Shown here: piece after piece, positions 40,683 to 51,095 of the stretch
Numbering within the stretch: the stretch's first letter is position 1
Layout of the letters: each line of letters opens with the position of its first letter
Position numbers and translations under genes: made by a program
Notes under the pieces: model-generated
The model's input: only the letters and a program-made list of their open reading frames with translations
Database searches by the model: none
What the model was told of the DNA's origin: nothing
DNA from: an uncultured Candidatus Entotheonella sp.
Lineage (GTDB): Bacteria > Tectomicrobia > Entotheonellia > Entotheonellales > Entotheonellaceae
Assembly: GCA_965217185.1 (NCBI GenBank)
Contig: OZ244252.1
Location: forward strand, 288,001-352,000
Reading direction: 5' to 3'
DNA length: 64,000 bases

Positions 40683-41585
40683 ATGCGATTGGAAGGTAAG
40701 GTCGCCGTGGTCACGGGCGGTGGCAACGGCATCGGGCGTGAGATCAGCAAGCTGATGGGCGCCGAGGGCGCCAAAGTGGTCGTGAACGACCTGGGAACGG
40801 CTGTTGACGGGGCAGGCGAATCGAGTTCCGCGGCCGATCAGACCGTGCAGATGATCAAGGACGCCGGCGGCGAGGCGGCGCCGAATTACGAGAGCGTGGC
40901 GACCCCGGAGGGCGGCCAGAACATCATTCAGACCGCGGTGGATACGTACGGCAAGCTGGATATTCTGGTGCACGTGGCCGGCATTCTGCGCGACCGCATG
41001 ATTTTCAACATGTCCATCGAAGAGTGGGACGCGGTGATCAACGTGCACTTACGCGGCGCCTACTGCGTCAACAAGCCCGCTTGCGTGCTGATGCGGCAGC
41101 AGAAGAGTGGCTGCATCATCAACTTCTCGTCGATCTCTGGCGCCGGCAACTCTGGGCAGGCCAACTACGCGGCAGCCAAGGCCGGCATTTTGGGACTGAC
41201 GCGGACCGTCGCGCGTGACATGGCAAAATACGGCGTGCGGGCCAATGCCATCTGGCCGGGTGCGGACACCCGCATGACCGCCACGGTTCCCGAGGCGGCA
41301 CGCCAGATCCGCGCCGAACGCGGTATCGGGCAGGTCATCGCGGCCACCGCCGAGCGCCGGCCGGAGAACGTCGCTGCGGTGGTGGCTTACTTGGCCAGCG
41401 ATGCGGCGGCAGACATTACGGGCTGGACGGTTGGCATTTCGGGTGACCGGCTGTCCCTGATCGAAGACCCGCGTCCGGTGAAAACGGTCTTCTGCCCCGG
41501 CGGCTGGACGCTCGACAAGGTTATTGAGTTGTGGCCCGGCTCTTTCGGGCTCGACCTGCGCCACCTGCAGCGCGCCGGTCAATAA
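40683..41585 (+). CDS. SDR oxidoreductase, copy 2 (tandem paralog)
   Basis: Near-identical to copy 1 up to RMTATVPE, divergent afterwards. Confidence 0.92.
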   Translation: MRLEGKVAVVTGGGNGIGREISKLMGAEGAKVVVNDLGTAVDGAGESSSAADQTVQMIKDAGGEAAPNYESVATPEGGQNIIQTAVDTYGKLDILVHVAGILRDRMIFNMSIEEWDAVINVHLRGAYCVNKPACVLMRQQKSGCIINFSSISGAGNSGQANYAAAKAGILGLTRTVARDMAKYGVRANAIWPGADTRMTATVPEAARQIRAERGIGQVIAATAERRPENVAAVVAYLASDAAADITGWTVGISGDRLSLIEDPRPVKTVFCPGGWTLDKVIELWPGSFGLDLRHLQRAGQ

Positions 41586-41687
41586 CCCCATAGGCACCGC
41601 GCCCGCCACTTGCGGCGTGTGGTGCCTTCCCTCCGCCTCAGAATACTTTGTCCGGGTGTCTCCCTCCGGTCAGGAGAAGTAAGGCCC

Positions 41688-42353
41688 GTGATTCTCGACA
41701 TGCACGTGCATACCGCGGCCTCCGATGACAGCACCGCCACGATCGAAGGCTATATCGAACTAATTCAAGCCTACCGCCAATTTCATCCCTTTGACGGCTT
41801 TGTCCTCACCGAGCACCGAACCTACACCTCCGGATTGAACCTGCAGCATTACTGGGACACCCACGGCGTCCGCATTTTCCAGGGCATCGAGATGGACACC
41901 AACCTGGGCCATCTGCTGGTCTACGGTGTCAACGAACGAGTTCTGGAACGTTTCGACGTGACCAAGCGCATGCACGACGGCCGGCGCATCATCCCGCAGT
42001 TGGCCAGCCTCGGCGCTTTCGCTGCGCCGTCTCACCCGTTTCGGGAATCAGTGTTCGGACCCATCATGGAGCGTGACCCGGAGGAAATCGCGGGCATGCA
42101 CACCATCGAGGCGCATAACGGCCAGAATCGCCCGGAGCAGAACAACCGCGCCGCGGACCTGTGCGAGCGCTACGGCCTGCGCGCCCTGTGCGGCAGCGAC
42201 GCGCATTACGTCAGCCCCCTGTGGTTCCTCACGTGCGCCACGGACTTTGAGGACAGCACCACCTCGGAGGCGGAACTGGTGGAGGCGCTGCACGACGGTG
42301 CGTATCGCCCGATGTGTCTGCCGCGGATGGATGCCGTGAGCGGTGAAAAGTAG
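41688..42353 (+). CDS. PHP-domain phosphoesterase
   Basis: DMHVHT, LTEH, GHLLV, SHPFR, GSDAH. Confidence 0.85.
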   Translation: MILDMHVHTAASDDSTATIEGYIELIQAYRQFHPFDGFVLTEHRTYTSGLNLQHYWDTHGVRIFQGIEMDTNLGHLLVYGVNERVLERFDVTKRMHDGRRIIPQLASLGAFAAPSHPFRESVFGPIMERDPEEIAGMHTIEAHNGQNRPEQNNRAADLCERYGLRALCGSDAHYVSPLWFLTCATDFEDSTTSEAELVEALHDGAYRPMCLPRMDAVSGEK

Positions 42354-42412
42354 GTCGGATTCGCACCGCGGCCTCCGACATGCCACTGTCCACTCGCCAG
42401 AGGAGTTCCGAT

Positions 42413-43498
42413 ATGCCAGCGAGCCCGCTGTTCAATCAGCATCTCGAACAACAAGCCTGCTTCACAACCGTCAACGACTGGCAACTGCCCCTGCACTATG
42501 GCGACCCGAAGGCCGAATACCGGGCACTGCGGCACGGTTTCGGGCTGATCGATCTGTCGAACCGGGGCCTGATCCGCGTTGAGGGTCGGGATCGGCAACG
42601 CTTCCTGAACGCTATGCTGTCCAATAACACCGGCGACCTGGAGCCGGGGCAGGGATGTTACGCCACGTTTCTGAACCCCAAGGGGCACATGGTGACGGAC
42701 TTGGTGGTGTACGCCGAAGAGGCGTCATATCTCCTGGAAGTCGAGCCTCACATCGTGACGACCTTCTTAGAGGCCATCGACTTTTTCGTCATTTCCGAAG
42801 ACGTCACGTTTACGGTCGAAACCGAACAATGGGCCGCTATCGGTGTGCAAGGTCCCGAAGCCACTGATGTGCTGATCGCCGTGAGCGGCCAGGAATCGCT
42901 GCGGGACTTGGCGCCGTACGGCAGCCAGTCGTGCCGGGTTGCGGATCATGACGTATGGATCGCGCGGCGCAGCTATACCCGGGAGTCGGGCTATCTGCTG
43001 CTCGCTGCCCCCGCGGCTGCGGAGACCGTCTGGACGACGGTCCGGCAGCAGGGCGAGGCGTTCGAGGGGTGCGCGGTCGGCCTGGAGGCGCTGGACACCC
43101 TGCGCATTGAGTCGGGCACGCCGCGTTTCGGTGTGGACATGACGGAGGCGACGATCCCGATCGAGGCCAACCTGCAAGACGCGATCAGCTACACCAAAGG
43201 CTGTTACATCGGGCAGGAGGTCATCGCGCGGATCGACGCACGCGGTCACGTCAATCGCCAGCTTGTCGGCCTGCTGCTCGGCGACGCCGGATTGCCCGAG
43301 GCAGGGGCCAAGATTTTTTCCCCGGAGCGGGAAATCGGTTGGATTACCAGCGCGACGCAATCGCCGGCCATGCAGCAGACGATAGCCTTGGGCTACGTGC
43401 GCCGAGAGGCGTTGGAGCCGGGCACGGCTTTGCAGGTGCGGACGGATGCCGGCGAGATTCCGGCGACGGTGAGCACTTTGCCGTTCGGAGAAGGTTGA
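42413..43498 (+). CDS. GcvT/YgfZ folate-binding protein
   Basis: DLSNRG, LRIESG.PRFG.D, KGCYIGQEVIAR. Confidence 0.88.
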   Translation: MPASPLFNQHLEQQACFTTVNDWQLPLHYGDPKAEYRALRHGFGLIDLSNRGLIRVEGRDRQRFLNAMLSNNTGDLEPGQGCYATFLNPKGHMVTDLVVYAEEASYLLEVEPHIVTTFLEAIDFFVISEDVTFTVETEQWAAIGVQGPEATDVLIAVSGQESLRDLAPYGSQSCRVADHDVWIARRSYTRESGYLLLAAPAAAETVWTTVRQQGEAFEGCAVGLEALDTLRIESGTPRFGVDMTEATIPIEANLQDAISYTKGCYIGQEVIARIDARGHVNRQLVGLLLGDAGLPEAGAKIFSPEREIGWITSATQSPAMQQTIALGYVRREALEPGTALQVRTDAGEIPATVSTLPFGEG

Positions 43499-43580
43499 GT
43501 GGTTCCGTACCTACCCTGTCGGATTACGCTGCGCTGATCCGACCTACAAATTACGTTGACCAGCCCTGTGGAGATGAGCG

Positions 43581-45710
43581 ATGAGCTACGATCAAGCCGC
43601 GGTACGAGCAGTTCTCGATCAGGTACGGGCGGATGGACGCAGCGCCCTGACGGCCTCGGAAGGGAAACGGATTTGCGAGGCGTACGGCATCGCCACGCCT
43701 CAGGAAGGCTTGGCTGCTTCGGCTGACGAGGCGATGGAACTGGCGCGGCAGATCGGCTTTCCCGTGGTGCTCAAAATTGCCTCCTCAGACATTCTCCACA
43801 AGACGGACGCCGGCGGCGTTCTCACCGGGCTCAATTCGGCTTCCGAGGTCGAGCAGGGCTACGCAGCGATCATGGCGAACGCTGCCGCGCATCAGCCCGG
43901 CGCGGCGATTGACGGCGTGCAGGTGCAGCGGATGCTGGGCGCTGCCCACGAGGTGATCGTCGGTGCCGTCACGGATCCCAGTTTCGGCAAGCTGGTCGCC
44001 TTCGGTATGGGCGGCGTGATGGTCGAGGTGATGCAGGACGTGGCCTTCCGCTTGGCGCCGGCGTCGCACGAGGAAGCTGTTGGCATGCTCGACGACATCG
44101 CCGCCGCCGCCGTGCTGCGCGGCATACGGGGCGCTGCGGGGGTGAACCGCGACGCTCTCGGTACGGTCATCGAAAATGTTTCACAGTTGGTGCACGATTT
44201 CTCTGAGATCAACGAGATGGACCTCAACCCCGTGTTCGCCGACAGCGCCGGCGCCACGGCTGTTGACGTGCGTATTCTGGTGGACTTTGACGCTGCCGTA
44301 GCGCCGCCTCGTCCGTCCCCGGACGACATCCTACGTGCCATGCGCCGTATCATGCAGCCCGAGGCGGTGGCGGTGATCGGGGCGTCGCCGGACGATGGGA
44401 AGATCGGCAACTCGGTGATGAAGAACCTTATCAACGGCGGCTACGAGGGCCGGATTTACCCGATTCATCCGCGCGCTGAGGAAATTCTGGGGCGCAGGTG
44501 TTATCCGCGTGTCGCCGACGTGCCCTCAGAGATCGACATCGCCATCTTCTGCATCCCGGCGCGCTTCGTGGCCGGCGTGCTGGCGGAAGTGGGGGAGAAG
44601 GGCATCACCGGGGCGATTCTGATTCCCTCCGGGTTCGCCGAGGTGGGTGAGGACGCCTTGCAGCAGGAGGTCGTCAGGGTGGCGCGGGAGCACAACGTGC
44701 GCCTCATGGGGCCGAACATTTACGGCTTCTACTACACCCACAAAAACCTGTGCGCCACCTTCTGCACGCCGTACGACGAGAAGGGCGCCGTGGCCCTATC
44801 CTCGCAGAGCGGCGGCGTCGGCATGGCGATCATCGGCTTCAGCCGGTCGGCGAAGATGGGCGTGTCGGCGATTGTCGGGCTGGGAAACAAGGCGGATATC
44901 GACGAGGATGACCTACTGACATTTTTCGAGCAGGATCCGAACACGCAGGTCGTGGCCATGCACGTCGAGGACCTGAAGGACGGGCGGGCGTTTGCCGAGG
45001 TCGCCCAACGGGTGTCCAAGCACAAGCCGGTGGTGATGCTGAAGGCCGGCCGCACGGCGATGGGGGCGCGGGCGGCAAGATCGCACACCGGCGCCCTGGC
45101 GGGGAACGACGCCATTTACGACGCGGTGCTGCGGCAAAGCGGCGTCATTCGCGCCCGCAACCTCAACGACATGCTGGAGTTTGCCCGCGGGCTGCAAATC
45201 CTGCCGACGCCGCAGGGCGAGAACGTCGTCATCGTCACCGGCGCCGGCGGCTCCGGCGTGCTGCTCTCCGATGCCTGCGTGGACCACGGCCTCAACCTGA
45301 TGGCCATGCCGTCCGACCTCGACGCCGCCTTCAAGGCGTTCATCCCGCCGTTCGGCGCTTCCGGCAATCCCATCGACATCACCGGCGGCGAACCCCCCTC
45401 CACCTATCGCAACACCATCAAGCTCGCCCTCGACGACGCCCGCATTCACGCCCTCATCCTCGGCTATTGGCATACCATCATCACGCCGCCCATGGTGTTC
45501 GCCACCCTCCTGCAAGAGGTCGTGACGGAGGCCAGGGAGCGTGGCATCCACAAGCCCGTCGTGGCCTCCTTGGTTGGCGACGTCGAGGTCGAAGACGCCT
45601 GCCGCTATCTCGTCGATCACAACATCCTGGCTTACCCGTACGCCACCGAAAAACCCGTTGCCGTCCTGGGCGCCAAGTATCGCTGGGCGCGGATTGCAGG
45701 GCTGTTGTAG
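43581..45710 (+). CDS. ADP-forming acyl-CoA synthetase (ATP-grasp domain first)
   Basis: FPVVLKI.S..I.HKTDAGGV, EMDLNP, MGPN..G, SQSGG, ARSHTGALAG, NPIDITG. Confidence 0.9.
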   Translation: MSYDQAAVRAVLDQVRADGRSALTASEGKRICEAYGIATPQEGLAASADEAMELARQIGFPVVLKIASSDILHKTDAGGVLTGLNSASEVEQGYAAIMANAAAHQPGAAIDGVQVQRMLGAAHEVIVGAVTDPSFGKLVAFGMGGVMVEVMQDVAFRLAPASHEEAVGMLDDIAAAAVLRGIRGAAGVNRDALGTVIENVSQLVHDFSEINEMDLNPVFADSAGATAVDVRILVDFDAAVAPPRPSPDDILRAMRRIMQPEAVAVIGASPDDGKIGNSVMKNLINGGYEGRIYPIHPRAEEILGRRCYPRVADVPSEIDIAIFCIPARFVAGVLAEVGEKGITGAILIPSGFAEVGEDALQQEVVRVAREHNVRLMGPNIYGFYYTHKNLCATFCTPYDEKGAVALSSQSGGVGMAIIGFSRSAKMGVSAIVGLGNKADIDEDDLLTFFEQDPNTQVVAMHVEDLKDGRAFAEVAQRVSKHKPVVMLKAGRTAMGARAARSHTGALAGNDAIYDAVLRQSGVIRARNLNDMLEFARGLQILPTPQGENVVIVTGAGGSGVLLSDACVDHGLNLMAMPSDLDAAFKAFIPPFGASGNPIDITGGEPPSTYRNTIKLALDDARIHALILGYWHTIITPPMVFATLLQEVVTEARERGIHKPVVASLVGDVEVEDACRYLVDHNILAYPYATEKPVAVLGAKYRWARIAGLL

Positions 45711-45726
45711 GCGTCGTCGCTGCTCG

Positions 45727-46047
45727 ATGGAATCTTTCCGAGACATCCATAGTCGTCCGATTCGGCTGACGGAAGAACGGCAGCAGCATCTCCTGGCAGC
45801 CCACCCGGAAATGGCAGACACCGTTTTTCGTATTGTTGAGACACTTGCCAGCCCCGACAAGATTGTGCGGTCAGTGACAGACGAGACCGTTGAGTTGTTC
45901 TACAGGTATTACCCAGACGCGCCCATTACAAGTAAGTTTCTGTGCATCGTTGTCAAAGTCGTGACGGATGATAATTTCATTATTACGGCATACTATACGG
46001 ACACGATTAAGCGAGGAGAGAGGCTGTGGCAGAGGCAGAAACCATAA
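45727..46047 (+). CDS. Putative RelE-like toxin
   Basis: IRLTEERQQHLLAAHPEM..FLCIVVK..FIITAY. Confidence 0.7.
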   Translation: MESFRDIHSRPIRLTEERQQHLLAAHPEMADTVFRIVETLASPDKIVRSVTDETVELFYRYYPDAPITSKFLCIVVKVVTDDNFIITAYYTDTIKRGERLWQRQKP

Positions 46048-46241
46048 GCGTATGGTATGACGAGGCGGGAGATTATCTCGAGGTTCTGTTCGCCCACAAA
46101 AAGGGGTATTTCCGTGAGACGGGCAACGATGCGGTGATGGAAAAAGTCGATGAATCGGGGCGGGTCATTGGTTTTTCGATCCTGAAGGTGCGGGAACTCA
46201 GAGGTGAACCGCCTCTCGCCGTCACGCTCAAGAGTGGCTGA
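46026..46241 (+). CDS. DUF2283-type antitoxin
   Basis: VWYDEAGDYLEV..KVDESGRVIGFSI. Confidence 0.75.
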   Translation: MAEAETISVWYDEAGDYLEVLFAHKKGYFRETGNDAVMEKVDESGRVIGFSILKVRELRGEPPLAVTLKSG

Positions 46242-46327
46242 CAGTTCGCTAATTTCCCCAACCTTCGGCCTCCGTGTGCCATTTGGCGTGATTTACAGTT
46301 CGCATTTTCGTTGTACTTGGAGGCATC

Positions 46328-47290
46328 ATGGCGCGCCCACGTATCTTCATCAGTTCGACGTTCTACGACCTCAGGCAAGTCCGCTACGATATTGAGCGGT
46401 CGATTCGGGAGTTAGGGTACGAACCGGTCCGACACGAGACCGGCGCGATTCCCTAATCAAAGGACGAACCTTTAGAGTCTGGTGCGTACCGGGAAATTGA
46501 ACTGAGCGATGTCATCGTGTTCATCACAGGGGGCAGATTTGGTACCCACTCTGAGGAAGAGCCTGGCTACTCGATCTCCCAAGTCGAATTAAAACGTGCA
46601 TTGGAGGGCGGGATTCAAGTTTTTATCTTTGCAGAAAGCGCTGTTCTCAACGAGTACAACACATACAAGCTGAACAAGGAATCAATGGAGATCAGGTACT
46701 CCTCTGTCAACGACACCAGGGTATTTGAATTCCTGGAAGAACTTTACTCGCTGCCCAGCAACAACCCGATCACTCCATTCGAAGTGGCCAGTGACATTAC
46801 CAATTTCCTCAAGGAACAGTTCGCGGGGTTGTTTCACAGGTTCCTGCAAGAACAGAAACGCCTGAAAGAGGTACGTGTGCTGGACGAGATGAATTCCATT
46901 GCCAAGACCCTCAAGGAGTTGGTTGGGTTTCTGACAGACGAACGTAAGGACAGTAACGAGGCCATCAAGGGCATCTTACTCGCTAATCATCCGGCATTTC
47001 GCCGATTGGGCGAACTAACCAAAACACCGTATCGGGTGTTTTTCGCTACAAGGCAGGAGATGGGGGCGTGGCTTAAGGCCAGAAGCTGGGCACAGGTTCC
47101 AGGAGGTCAATTGGACCCAGAAAGTATTGAGGAATGGATGAAAAGCCCGGGGAGTCCATATCTGAGATTCACCAAAGATATCTTTGACGAGGACAATAGA
47201 TTACTACCCTTCAAAGCAGATGACTGGAACGATGAATGGATTCATCTGGTCTCGCAGCCACCTTCTGAGGATGATGACGTGCCGTTTTAG
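46328..47290 (+). pseudogene. DUF4062-domain protein with in-frame TAA at 46454-46456
   Basis: MARPRIFISSTFYDLRQVR..GAIP*SKDEPLE..IVFITGGRFG..SISQVELK; frame unchanged across the stop. Confidence 0.8.
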
Positions 47291-47441
47291 AGCCTTCCTG
47301 AGCCTTATCAAATTACGAAGATCTCAGCCTACATGTAGTAGAAACTTTCCAACTTCAGATGTAGGTTATCCAGATCCGAAATTACTCTGCGTACGTGATG
47401 AAGCGGCTCAACGAGATCATAAATCCCCTGACCAAAACTTA

Positions 47442-47641
47442 GAGTCTGGCCCGAAATAAGGCATTGTTTTTCATAGCCCTACCAATCCAATGACGAAGAG
47501 ATCTGCACTGGTGATGAAGAAGCCATGTTTGAAAGATATCAACGGTCGCCTCGATGTCCTTTGCAGTTCGCCAGTAGCGGCTTGGTCATGCCAGCGAATC
47601 ACAACCTACCGAAATCGCTCAACTTATTTTGGGCCGGACTC
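47442..47641 (-). mobile_element. 200-bp MITE, IS5 family (IS1031-like) deletion derivative
   Basis: TIRs GAGTCTGGCCCGAAATAAG / rc GAGTCCGGCCCAAAATAAG, TTA on both flanks; internal AKDIEATV resembles transposase C-terminus. Confidence 0.75.
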
Positions 47642-47645
47642 TTAG

Positions 47646-49117
47646 CTCGACTTTGTACGAATTTGGTCAAGTCAGTGCGTGTAACAGGCCGATTGCATCA
47701 AGCCCTGCAGATAGACCCGAGGGATTTCTACCCACTCGGTATCGGGCGTTGATGTTGAAAAATACTCGACCTTCCACAGGTGCTGCCGTACCGCTGCCAA
47801 AGCGTCGCTGAACGTCGCCTGCTCCTTGGCATACCAAGCACTCTGTCGCACCGCCAAGCGACCGTCCAGATACAGGCCATGAGCCAGCAGCGCCACCAGC
47901 GAATACAAGCTCAGCAGACACGGCGTGGTCCGTTCAATCGCCAAGTCAGACCATTGACGCTGGGTCTCAAAGCCCAAGTGGGCACGGCTCTCTTCGAAGG
48001 TCGTCTCAATGCTCCAGCGCTTGATGAAACACGCCACGACATCGCCTGCTTGGTCGCTGGGACACGTCGAGAAGAAGGCCCGTGGTGGGCACTGAGCGTC
48101 ACAGGGACGTACCAGGACCCACCGCAGCGGCAGCACTGGCTGGCCGCTGCGGTACCATAGTGCCGTGCCGCTACTGACCTGCAACCGTCGCACGCGGCCA
48201 TCGTACCAGCGCACACGCAGGCATTGCCAAGGAGTCGCCGCGTCGTGCAGGCGCTCGGCCAAACTGGGCAGCCGCTTGCCCTTGTGACGGGGGCGTCCCC
48301 GCGTGCCCGGCTGGCGAGGCGGCGGCGCTTCGTGAAGCACCGCATCGAGGCGCAAGGGGGCAATCAGGCGCACCTCACACTGCCGGCAGGCATGCCCGAG
48401 CTCGACGACACTGTAGGATTGATCCCCGAGCACGGTGATGGCGACTTGCGGCAACCAACGGCGCACCACCCGAATCATCTGGCGTGCCCACTGGGCGACG
48501 GTCTTGTGTCTCAGCCCCAGGCGCTCACTGACTTGTGGCGTTGGCGCCGGCACGCTCAAGATAGGTAAAGCCCAACAACGGTTGTTCCAGGGTGGCGTGA
48601 CAACCAGGGTCAGCACGATCCAGCGAAGGCCACTGGTGCTGACGATGCGCTTGCGGCTGGAAGCCAGCGGGTCGCGGTAATGACCGCGCTTGCTGATACG
48701 TCGGCCCCAGCGCCTCTCCAGAGTTTCGTCAATGACGAACGTGAGGCTGCCGCCAGCGGCATCGAAGGTCTGCACCAGCATGGATAGCAGACAGCGACTG
48801 CCTTTGAGAGCGGACCAGCGGGCACGGTTGAACACCTGATGGTAGAGACTGAACGACGGCGTGTCGTCCTGTCCGGTGTGTCTCAGGGCTGCCGTCACGG
48901 TGCGTCGTCCGTGGGCCAGCAAAGTTCCGATGAAAAGGCGTTGGACTTTGCGCCAAGTGGGTGCGCTGAAGAGACTTTGAAAGGGCGCCAGCACGGTGCT
49001 ACTGTTTGCTGAAGGGGACATCGCTGACCTCGCTGCAAGATGGTTTGGGTGGAAACTGCCATCCTACAACACAGGGGTGATGTCCCTGGATACTTCCTCA
49101 TTTTGTACAAAGTCGAG
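47646..49117 (-). mobile_element. IS701-family element, transposase 47672-49021
   Basis: IRs CTCGACTTTGTAC; FVIDETLERRWG, LGDQSY, RWSIETTFEE. Confidence 0.88.
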
Positions 49118-49247
49118 CTAAGAATCCGCCTGAAATCAGGACCTGACGGCTTTGGATGGTTTTGACCAGGGGTGAAAGCAGGAGTGGGAACGGCTAGAGT
49201 CTGGACTGGCAGGATAAATCTGGAAACATTCTGGGAAAGAAGGTGTC

Positions 49248-50273
49248 ATGGATTTGCTGGGTTCGTTGACGAACGCCGGAAACGTCACGTTGTTTGTTGT
49301 CATCATTCTTGGCTTCATCACGCTTAAACGGGCGGTATATATTGTGCCGCAGTCGAGGAACTACGTTGTCGAGCGTTTTGGGCGTTTTAATCAGGTGTTG
49401 AAGCCGGGACTCAACGTGATTGTGCCGTTTCTGGACCGGGTTGCCTACCGAATATCGGTTTTGGAGCGGCAGACGGAACCGTCGGGTGTCAGTGTGTTTT
49501 CGGAAGATAACGTCGAGGTCGACATCATGACGGTGGTTTACTGGCGTGTGGTTGATCCGGAGCTGTCCGTTTACCGCATCGAGGACGTGAGCGGGGCGAT
49601 TCAGGTGGCGACTGGCTCGATCGTTCGCAATATTGGCGCTGGGCTTGAGCTTGACAAGTTGCAGGGTAGCCGCGAAGAGGTCAATAGCAGGATGCAGACG
49701 GCGTTGGGGGCGACGTCGGAAAACTGGGGTGTCGAGATTACGCGTACCGAGATTGTTGACATCGTTCTTGATGAGAGAACCAAGGAAGCCCAGCGCCAGC
49801 AGGTAGAAGCCGAACGCGCCCGGCGCGCGCAAGTGACGAGCGCTGAGGGTATGGCGTCAGCGGTACAGTTGCAGGCCGACTCGGTACTTTACCGTTCGAA
49901 GCAGGAATCCGAGGCCGTGGTCGTGGCGGCTGAGGCACGGGGAAAAGAAATCGAGTTGGTAGCGACTGCTCGGGCCAAGGAGATCACCCTGGTGGCCGAG
50001 GCCCAGGCGAAGGAGATCGAGCTGGTTGGCTCGGCGATTGCGACTCACGGCGAGGTGGCCGCCTTGTTCGAGCTGGGCAAGCGTCAAGTGTCGGCAATGG
50101 AGCAGTTGGCGGCGAGCAAGAACGCCAAGACGTTGGTGTTGCCGACGGATGCTACGAAGCTGCTAGGTGGCTTGGCGGCGGTGACTGAGGGTTTGCAGTT
50201 TGGGATATTTAACGGGAAGGCTGGAAGAGTTGTGGACGGGGCACAAGAAAGTAAGGAGGAGGCTGGTGGATGA
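49248..50273 (+). CDS. SPFH/stomatin-like (paraslipin) membrane protein
   Basis: N-terminal TM, IVPQ..VVERFGRF..LKPGLN.IVPFLD, WGVEITRTEI, AERARRA. Confidence 0.9.
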   Translation: MDLLGSLTNAGNVTLFVVIILGFITLKRAVYIVPQSRNYVVERFGRFNQVLKPGLNVIVPFLDRVAYRISVLERQTEPSGVSVFSEDNVEVDIMTVVYWRVVDPELSVYRIEDVSGAIQVATGSIVRNIGAGLELDKLQGSREEVNSRMQTALGATSENWGVEITRTEIVDIVLDERTKEAQRQQVEAERARRAQVTSAEGMASAVQLQADSVLYRSKQESEAVVVAAEARGKEIELVATARAKEITLVAEAQAKEIELVGSAIATHGEVAALFELGKRQVSAMEQLAASKNAKTLVLPTDATKLLGGLAAVTEGLQFGIFNGKAGRVVDGAQESKEEAGG

Positions 50274-50677
50274 GCGAGGAGCTTTTTCGCGAATGGTTGC
50301 TGAATCCGTTGTTGTGGGTATCGGTGGCGACGCTGGTCCTGATTCTTGAGCTTTTTGTAGTGAGCGGCGTCAGTTTGGCGATTGGTTTGGCTGGCGTCTT
50401 GGCCGGTGGCAGCCTGTTCGTGTTTGAGCTGCAGATGGGAGAAGTGCCGCTGACGACTGCTGGGCGTTTGATTTTGGTGATAGGTGCGGTCTGGAGCGTT
50501 TTTTCCTTGGCTATGATCGGGATGTTGAGACGCTGGATGCGGCGAAAGGATGGGCCCCCGGACCCGAACGAGAACTTGCGTGGTCTGGGTGTCGAGACTG
50601 GCGAGGTGAAGACCGCTGAGGTCGAGGTTCCGGTTTATGAGGACGTTTTGAAGAACTATAAATCACGTCTTGAATAG
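50270..50677 (+). CDS. NfeD-like membrane partner (OB domain apparently absent)
   Basis: W..A..LILEL..G motif, three TM segments, coupled to SPFH gene. Confidence 0.6.
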   Translation: MSEELFREWLLNPLLWVSVATLVLILELFVVSGVSLAIGLAGVLAGGSLFVFELQMGEVPLTTAGRLILVIGAVWSVFSLAMIGMLRRWMRRKDGPPDPNENLRGLGVETGEVKTAEVEVPVYEDVLKNYKSRLE

Positions 50678-50681
50678 AGAC

Positions 50682-51046
50682 TTGACATCTCCCCGCCCTG
50701 AAGGACGGGGATTCCGGCTATTGAGGGCGATGCCCCGCCCCGGCGGCGGCGGCGATGTTGATAGCGGCGTTGAGATCTCTGTCGTGCAGAGCGCCGCAGG
50801 TGCAACACGTCCACTGCCTTACGCCGAGGTCTGCTCTACCTTTCGGACTCGTTGGGGAATTGTCCCCGCACGTCGAGCAGACCTGGGTTGAGAATGCCTT
50901 GGGTATTTCCTGATAGTCGATGCCTGCATGCTCGCACTTGTATTTGAGCATTGACTTGAGGCTGTAGATACCGGCGTCGTAGCCGGACTTGGCGGTTTTG
51001 CCTTTTGTAAGCAGCTTGACGGGTACGTTGCCGACGTAGACTTGAG
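50682..51046 (-). mobile_element. tnpB: IS200/IS605 TnpB 3' remnant with right end
   Basis: LKYKC..STQVCSTCG..WTCCTCGALHDRDLNAAINI; end GGAATCCCCGTCCTTCAGGGCGGGGAGATGTCAA. Confidence 0.85.
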
Positions 51047-51095
51047 AGGACATCTTAAAATGCCGTTTTGGGGACTTTTAACACTGCCGCTGACA
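51047..51095 (-). mobile_element. Possible IS21-family terminal remnant abutting the TnpB fragment
   Basis: rc TGTCAGCGGCAGTGTTAAAAGTCCCCAAAACGGCATTTTAAGATGTCC: TG start with repeated sub-terminal boxes. Confidence 0.45.

Noticed and set aside
46454..46456. Stop-codon readthrough in the DUF4062 gene
   Set aside because: TAA is not a Sec/Pyl codon; a nonsense mutation or base-call error is simpler
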